Origin: Trichlorobacter lovleyi SZ
GTDB lineage: Bacteria; Desulfobacterota; Desulfuromonadia; Geobacterales; Pseudopelobacteraceae
DNA length: 32,000 nt
Assembly: GCF_000020385.1 (NCBI RefSeq)
Contig: NC_010814.1
Coordinates: 2,010,001-2,042,000, forward strand
Reading direction: 5' to 3'
The translations under genes were made by a program, and so were the position numbers. Position 1 is the first letter of the stretch; each line of letters opens with the position of its first letter. Positions 27,065 to 32,000 of the stretch are shown in pieces. The notes beneath the pieces are model-generated. The model saw only the letters and a program-made list of their open reading frames with translations, was not told the DNA's origin and searched no databases.

Positions 27065-28198
27065 GTGCCGTATACCTACTCTTTGCCGTCCTTGAAGCTG
27101 AAGCATTCGTTACTTTTTCTGTCGTTACTGATCACTGTTTTTCTCACAGCCTGTCAGGATAACCGCAAACCCGGCGTTGCTTCATCTGCAGCAGTTACGA
27201 GCGTACAGACGGCTTCCTCCAGTAGCGGTGCTGCTATCAGGCAGTTGCAACCCAAAGGGTTTGAGCAGCGTAGCAGTTCGATTGGTTCTGAACTTCCCAC
27301 CCAGAGTCAGGTCAGTTCAGCCCGGGCTGCCAAGCTCAAATATAATGCCGGAGAAGATCCTGAATTTGCACGCCGCAAAGGCTGGCCCAAAAAGTATCCG
27401 ACACCGTTACAGGGGGCGATTATCCCTCAGAAACGGATTGTAGCCTATTACGGCAATCCACTCTCAAAGCGGATGGGAGCCTTGGGGGAATTCCCTAAGG
27501 ACGAGATGATCAAGCGCTTAAAGCTTGAGGTTGCCAAATGGGAGAAGGCTGATCCGGGAGTTCCGGTCCAGCCCGCGCTGCATCTGATCGCTGTGGTTGC
27601 TCAAGGCGCACCGGGCAAGGCAGGCAAGTACCGGTTAATCATGACCAATGACCTGATCAATCAGGTCTATGGCTGGGCCAAGGAAGCCGGTGCAGTTCTG
27701 TTTATTGACATTCAGACCGGTCATGATGATATTCGTGCAATTCTGCCTCAGTTTGAATGGATCCTGAAAAACCCGGATGTTCATTTGGGCATAGACCCGG
27801 AATTCAACCTGATCTCAAGCAAAGTAAAGCCCGGTAAGAAGATTGGAACCTATGACGCTGCTGATATCAACTATGCCAGTAGTTACCTGAAGGATCTGGT
27901 TCAGAAATACAAACTGCCTCCCAAGGTGTTTACGGTGCATCGTTTTACCCGTAATGGTGTTACCAATGCTGACAAAATCGTACTTCGTAGAGAAGTGCAG
28001 ATTGTCATGCATATGGATGGTTGGGGTGCTCCCTGGTTAAAGCGTGATTCCTATAAAGATTATATTGTGGCTGAACCGGTGCAGTTCACTGGATTCAAGC
28101 TGTTCTATCATAATGACACCAAGAAAGGGGACCCGCTGATGACGCCACAGGACTTGTTGAAGCTGAACCCCAAACCGATATATATCCAGTATCAGTAA
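27065..28198 (+). CDS. hypothetical lipoprotein. The start is uncertain: GTG 27065 or TTG 27092
   Basis: Lipoprotein signal (M)KLKHSLLFLSLLITVFLTAC with a lipobox, then a Ser/Ala-rich linker and a conserved-looking domain of about 290 aa. The ORF-tool start at 26972 would include the terminator, so I rejected it. Confidence 0.6.
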   Translation: MPYTYSLPSLKLKHSLLFLSLLITVFLTACQDNRKPGVASSAAVTSVQTASSSSGAAIRQLQPKGFEQRSSSIGSELPTQSQVSSARAAKLKYNAGEDPEFARRKGWPKKYPTPLQGAIIPQKRIVAYYGNPLSKRMGALGEFPKDEMIKRLKLEVAKWEKADPGVPVQPALHLIAVVAQGAPGKAGKYRLIMTNDLINQVYGWAKEAGAVLFIDIQTGHDDIRAILPQFEWILKNPDVHLGIDPEFNLISSKVKPGKKIGTYDAADINYASSYLKDLVQKYKLPPKVFTVHRFTRNGVTNADKIVLRREVQIVMHMDGWGAPWLKRDSYKDYIVAEPVQFTGFKLFYHNDTKKGDPLMTPQDLLKLNPKPIYIQYQ

Positions 28199-28374
28199 TA
28201 TCAGTGAGATACCTATATCAACGGTTACTGCTCGTACTTTACATAATATAGCTTATGGGCTAATTGTCTGTGGTGCGAGTCAAGGGTGTATTTATATAAG
28301 ACTTGCAAATCACAGAGAATAACGGTAGTGTAACGGCGCACTTAAGAAGAGTACACAAAGGAGCAACCAGCTGC

Positions 28375-28593
28375 ATGAGTAAAGAAGAAGCGATTGAGGT
28401 TGAAGGTACGGTTATAGAGCCGTTGCCAAATGCGATGTTCCGGGTCAAGCTTGAAAACGATCATATTGTGCTGGCTCATATTTCCGGTAAGATGCGTAAA
28501 TATTTCATCAAGATTCTGCCTGGCGATAAGGTGACGGTTGAGCTTTCCCCCTACGATCTTACTCGTGGACGGATTACCTACCGAGCAAAATAG
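28375..28593 (+). CDS. infA: translation initiation factor IF-1
   Basis: 72 aa. [79 protein letters not shown]. Confidence 0.95.
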   Translation: MSKEEAIEVEGTVIEPLPNAMFRVKLENDHIVLAHISGKMRKYFIKILPGDKVTVELSPYDLTRGRITYRAK

Positions 28594-28612
28594 AACCCTT
28601 TTCAGTCCAAAC

Positions 28613-28667
28613 ACAACAACATGACTCATGTATACTGCCAGCGCAGTGCATGAGTTTTATGTTGTTA
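28613..28667 (+). terminator. long imperfect hairpin / terminator after infA
   Basis: acaacat-gactcatg ... catgag-tttt-atgttgt. The inner stem actcatg/catgagt is followed by TTTT, and the outer arms aacaacat/atgttgtt also pair. Confidence 0.45.
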
Positions 28668-28696
28668 TCTATCTAGTATGTATATAAGGAGCCGCT

Positions 28697-29260
28697 ATGC
28701 TGTCTGTTGCAGATTTGAAAAAAGGAACCAAGCTTATTCTTGATGGTGATCCCTATGTGGTGACTGCATTTGACTTTGTCAAACCAGGCAAGGGACAAGC
28801 ACTGTATAAATGTAAAATGAAGAACATGATCAGTGGATCAACCCTTGATCGTACCTACCGTTCCGGTGAAAGCTTTGAACCTGCCGGTATGGATGAACGG
28901 GATATGGAATATCTGTATAAGGAAGGCACCCACTACACGTTCATGGATCAGCAGAGCTATGAACAGGTTGTTATGGAAGAAGATGCTGTGGGTGACGCAA
29001 AGAACTTCCTGCTGGAGAACACCAAGGTGGCAGTACTTTTGTTCGGAGATAAGCCAATTGGGGTGACCCTGCCCAACTTCATAAACCTGCGGGTTACTCA
29101 GACAGACCCCTGGTTAAAGGGTGATACCTCAGGTAGTGATTCCAAGCCTGCCACGGTTGAGACAGGCTATGTATTGCGTGTGCCGCCATTTATTGAAGAA
29201 GGTGAGCTGATCGTGATTGACACACGTACCGGCGAATATTCTACCCGGGTTAAAGGATAA
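28697..29260 (+). CDS. efp: elongation factor P
   Basis: 187 aa with the modified-loop sequence VKPGKGQA (Lys32). AAGGAG SD. Confidence 0.95.
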   Translation: MLSVADLKKGTKLILDGDPYVVTAFDFVKPGKGQALYKCKMKNMISGSTLDRTYRSGESFEPAGMDERDMEYLYKEGTHYTFMDQQSYEQVVMEEDAVGDAKNFLLENTKVAVLLFGDKPIGVTLPNFINLRVTQTDPWLKGDTSGSDSKPATVETGYVLRVPPFIEEGELIVIDTRTGEYSTRVKG

Positions 29261-29264
29261 TCTC

Positions 29265-30173
29265 ATGCAGAATTCAGGCGCTCTTTACATCCGGGCGCAG
29301 GTGCTGCAGACGATTCGACGTTTTTTTACGGAGCGGGGGTTTCTAGAAGTAGAAACCCCCTTTCGTATTCCTGCAAACGCACCTGAAGAGTTTATTGATC
29401 CGGTCCCTGCCCTCGCCTCCTGGCAACTTCAAACATCTCCTGAAATCTGTATGAAACGTCTATTGTGCCGTGGCTATGATAAGATCTTTCAGATCTGCCG
29501 CTGCTGGCGCGCCGATGAGCGTGGTTCCAGGCACCTGACAGAGTTTACTATGTTGGAATGGTACCGCAGCAATGCCGATTACCGTGATTTGATGCAGGAT
29601 TGTGTTGGCTTGCTCCGGCAAGTAGCAGATACCTGTAGTGAAGGCGCTTGTTTTAAACGAAATGACCTGAAAATAGACCCCAATCAAACCTGGCTGCATT
29701 TCAGCGTGCAGGAGGCGTTTTTGCGTTTTGCCAAGGACGATGCCTTGGTCAGTGCTCAAAACGGGCTCTTTGAAGAGCTTTTGACTGACCGGATTGAACC
29801 TGCTTTGGAGAAATTTGAGGTGCCGGTTATTTTGCAGGACTATCCTGCTCAACTGGCTGCCTTGGCCAGATTGAAAACAGTGGCACCTGATTTTGCAGAA
29901 CGGTTTGAGTTGTACGTTGGCGGGCTGGAGCTGGCAAACGGCTTTAGCGAACTAACAGACCCCTTTGAACAGCGTGCACGTTTTGAAGAGGCCAATCGAA
30001 TCAGGCAGCAGATGGGGAAGTCTGAGTTGCCGCTGCCGGAACCGTTTCTGGCTGAACTTTCTGCCATGCCTCCGGCAGCCGGTATCGCCTTGGGGGTTGA
30101 CCGTCTGGTGATGCTCACGGTTGGCGCAGACTGTATTGATCAGGTTGTGGCCTTTACTCCGGAATCGCTGTAA
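29265..30173 (+). CDS. epmA: EF-P beta-lysine ligase (truncated class II LysRS paralogue, GenX/PoxA)
   Basis: 302 aa from ATG 29265. RRFFTERGFLEVETP, FQICRCWRADERGSRHLTEFTMLEWY, FELYVGGLELANGFSE, GIALGVDRLVM class II motifs. Lies directly after efp. Confidence 0.85.
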   Translation: MQNSGALYIRAQVLQTIRRFFTERGFLEVETPFRIPANAPEEFIDPVPALASWQLQTSPEICMKRLLCRGYDKIFQICRCWRADERGSRHLTEFTMLEWYRSNADYRDLMQDCVGLLRQVADTCSEGACFKRNDLKIDPNQTWLHFSVQEAFLRFAKDDALVSAQNGLFEELLTDRIEPALEKFEVPVILQDYPAQLAALARLKTVAPDFAERFELYVGGLELANGFSELTDPFEQRARFEEANRIRQQMGKSELPLPEPFLAELSAMPPAAGIALGVDRLVMLTVGADCIDQVVAFTPESL

Positions 30174-31504
30174 GTCTCTTCAATCCGGCAGAGGGCGCAC
30201 CCCTGGTGCAGCCTCAGCCTGATCTCTTCTCCGATCGCCAATTCAGCGGCATTTCTGATGATGTGCTTGTCGGTCTGTCGTTCAACCACGGAGAACCCCC
30301 GCGCCAGTGTGTGCAGGGGAGAAAGTGCCTCAAGTCGCGCAGTTGCCTCTCCCCGTTCCCTGCCAAGTTGCTCAAGCTGGCTGGTTACACGCCGCTCGGC
30401 ATGTTCTGTCAACAGCAGCAGTTTCTGGCGTAGTTTGCTGATCTGGATAGCAGGATGCAAACCGGCCAGATGCTGTTCCTGGCGGGCAAGCTGTTCCCTG
30501 TGTCGTCCAAACAGGTTTCGTAGTGCCATGTCCAGGCGTTCAGAAAGGTCATCAACCCGCTGTAGCTGATGCCCTAACATTCGAGAAGGATCATGCAGGG
30601 CACGGCGTAACCCGGCAAGGTTGTGTATACGCAGCTTCAGCTGGCTTGAAATCGCCTGATCCAGTCGAAGAACAAGATTCTGAATTTGATTGAGCAGTTC
30701 TTCTCGAGCAGTGCAGACCAGTTCTGCAGCCGCCGATGGCGTTGGAGCTCGCAAATCAGCAACAAAATCACAGATAGTCCAATCTGTCTCGTGGCCCACT
30801 GCAGAGATAACCGGAATTCTGGAACGATACACCGCACGGGCAACCAGCTCTTCGTTAAAGGCCCAGAGGTCTTCCAGAGAACCACCGCCACGACCTACAA
30901 TCAGGACATCAGCAGCATTCAGCCGGTTGAGATTGTCAATGGCAGCAGCAATCTCAGCAGCTGAACCAACGCCCTGAACCCGTACCGGGTACACAATCAG
31001 GTGCAATCCTGCATTGCGTCGCCCCAGTACATTCAGTATGTCATGGATTGCCGCACCACTTGCAGAGGTGACAATACCGACCTTCTGAGGCATGAACGGC
31101 AAGGGCTGTTTATGAGATTCACTGAACAGCCCCTCTCCTGCCAGGCGTTCCTTAAGCTGCACAAAGGCGGCCTGCAGGGCACCTAAGCCTTTAGGTTCGG
31201 CATATTCTGCAATCAGCTGGTATTCTCCGCGCTGGTCGTAGACAGAAAGCCGTCCCCGTACAACCAGGGCCATTCCCTCTTCAAGCTTGAACTTAAGTGC
31301 CTTAACACTGCTGCGAAACATGACACAGCGCAGCATCGCTCCACTGTCTTTAAGGGTGCAATAGACGTGGCCTGATGCAGCATAGGTCAGGTTTGAAGCC
31401 TCGCCTTCAGCCCAGACCTGGCTAAAGTTGTCCTCAATCAGGTCTTTCAAGAGTGAGGTCAGGCGAGAGACAGTCAGTATGGTCTGTTCTGCAAAGAGAT
31501 TCAT
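30140..31504 (-). CDS. xseA: exodeoxyribonuclease VII large subunit
   Basis: N-terminal OB fold (ILTVSRLTSLLKDLIEDNF..VWAEGEASNLTYAASGHVYCTLKD), catalytic core (IVGRGGGSLEDLWAFNEE..ISAVGHETD) and a long coiled-coil tail. I chose MNLFAEQ (31504) over the ORF-tool start at 31585. Confidence 0.9.
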   Translation of the reverse strand: MNLFAEQTILTVSRLTSLLKDLIEDNFSQVWAEGEASNLTYAASGHVYCTLKDSGAMLRCVMFRSSVKALKFKLEEGMALVVRGRLSVYDQRGEYQLIAEYAEPKGLGALQAAFVQLKERLAGEGLFSESHKQPLPFMPQKVGIVTSASGAAIHDILNVLGRRNAGLHLIVYPVRVQGVGSAAEIAAAIDNLNRLNAADVLIVGRGGGSLEDLWAFNEELVARAVYRSRIPVISAVGHETDWTICDFVADLRAPTPSAAAELVCTAREELLNQIQNLVLRLDQAISSQLKLRIHNLAGLRRALHDPSRMLGHQLQRVDDLSERLDMALRNLFGRHREQLARQEQHLAGLHPAIQISKLRQKLLLLTEHAERRVTSQLEQLGRERGEATARLEALSPLHTLARGFSVVERQTDKHIIRNAAELAIGEEIRLRLHQGCALCRIEETYSDSGVKATT

Positions 31505-31583
31505 GGCTGAAAAGGTATCACAGTGGCTGCAGATGGTCAAACCAGGGTTGACCACAGGGCTCACTTTCCGTATGATGCGCGCC

Positions 31584-32000
31584 ATGAATAATTTTCCCTA
31601 TATCCTGACCATTTCATCTGAAAAGGGTGGTGTCGGCAAGACCACGCTGGCAACAAATCTGGCAATTTACTTGAAAGCTATGCAGGAAGATCTGCCGGTT
31701 ACCATCATATCCTTCGACAATCACTTTACTGTTGACCGCATGTTTGAGTTGAAAGGTCAAGAAACGCGTGGTACGGTCGAAGATATGTTGACCGGTACCC
31801 CTGGAGCCGATCTGCTTCACCAGGGGCAGTACGGCGTCAGCTACATCCCGTCTTCCAACAACCTGACAGAGCTGTATCAAGGTTTTAAAGGGCCGATGGC
31901 GCTTTGCCGTATGGTGGCGGAATCAGGCATTTCCGGTATTATTGTGCTGGATACCCGTCCAGACCTGAATATCCTGACCCAAAACGCCCTCTATGCGGCA
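31584..32000 (+). CDS. ParA/MinD-family P-loop ATPase, N-terminal fragment; continues beyond the window
   Basis: My own translation from ATG 31584 gives MNNFPYILTISSEKGGVGKTTLATNLAIYLK...IIVLDTRPDL (deviant Walker A KGGVGKT). The frame stays open to position 32000. It is not in the supplied ORF track because it has no stop. Confidence 0.75.
   Translation, partial: MNNFPYILTISSEKGGVGKTTLATNLAIYLKAMQEDLPVTIISFDNHFTVDRMFELKGQETRGTVEDMLTGTPGADLLHQGQYGVSYIPSSNNLTELYQGFKGPMALCRMVAESGISGIIVLDTRPDLNILTQNALYAA

Noticed and set aside
29881-29897. Sigma54-like element TGGCAC-N-TTTGCA
   Set aside because: The GG-to-GC spacing is 11 nt rather than 10. It lies inside the epmA coding sequence, with no downstream gene start to serve.

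Overview
This is a co-directional chromosomal window with about 53% GC in the lines I counted. The gene content suggests a Desulfuromonadales-type deltaproteobacterium (Geobacter/Pelobacter-like), but that is inference from gene order only.

The left third (1.4-15 kb) is packed with signalling genes. In order they are a soluble Cys-rich histidine kinase, an MCP, a dCache-PAS-GGDEF cyclase, a dCache-PAS histidine kinase, a PilB/GspE-type ATPase fragment, a REC protein and a REC-GAF-PAS-GGDEF cyclase. These are interrupted by a tRNA-Ala/tRNA-His pair and a roughly 2 kb low-GC islet carrying a Bfd-like ORF, a ferritin-like ORF and a small ORF.

The right two thirds hold housekeeping genes in a tight same-strand array with gaps of 45 nt or less: guaB, guaA, a transglutaminase-like protein, cytochrome c, CheX-like, YkgJ-like, an FNT channel, ispG, a REC protein, proS and a PaaK-like ligase. 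After a terminator come a lipoprotein, infA, efp and epmA, then convergent xseA and a partial ParA-like gene. An acnB 3' end, ihfA and a MerR gene open the window.

The most unusual locus is at 9.27-9.31 kb. The histidine-kinase ORF stops just after its DHp region, with no catalytic HATPase domain. A secretion/pilus-type hexameric ATPase domain with no start of its own continues in the +1 frame across a GGGGTTTT run, and it ends in a double zinc ribbon. This is either a broken or recoded sensor-DHp-ATPase chimera or a deletion scar.

Secondary oddities:
- An in-frame TGA lies in the MCP signal anchor.
- The soluble kinase carries a C-x9-C-x5-C-x2-C motif.
- An 18/19-nt direct repeat sits inside the low-GC islet.

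I saw no CRISPR array, transposase, integrase or rRNA. CDS ends include the stop codon.
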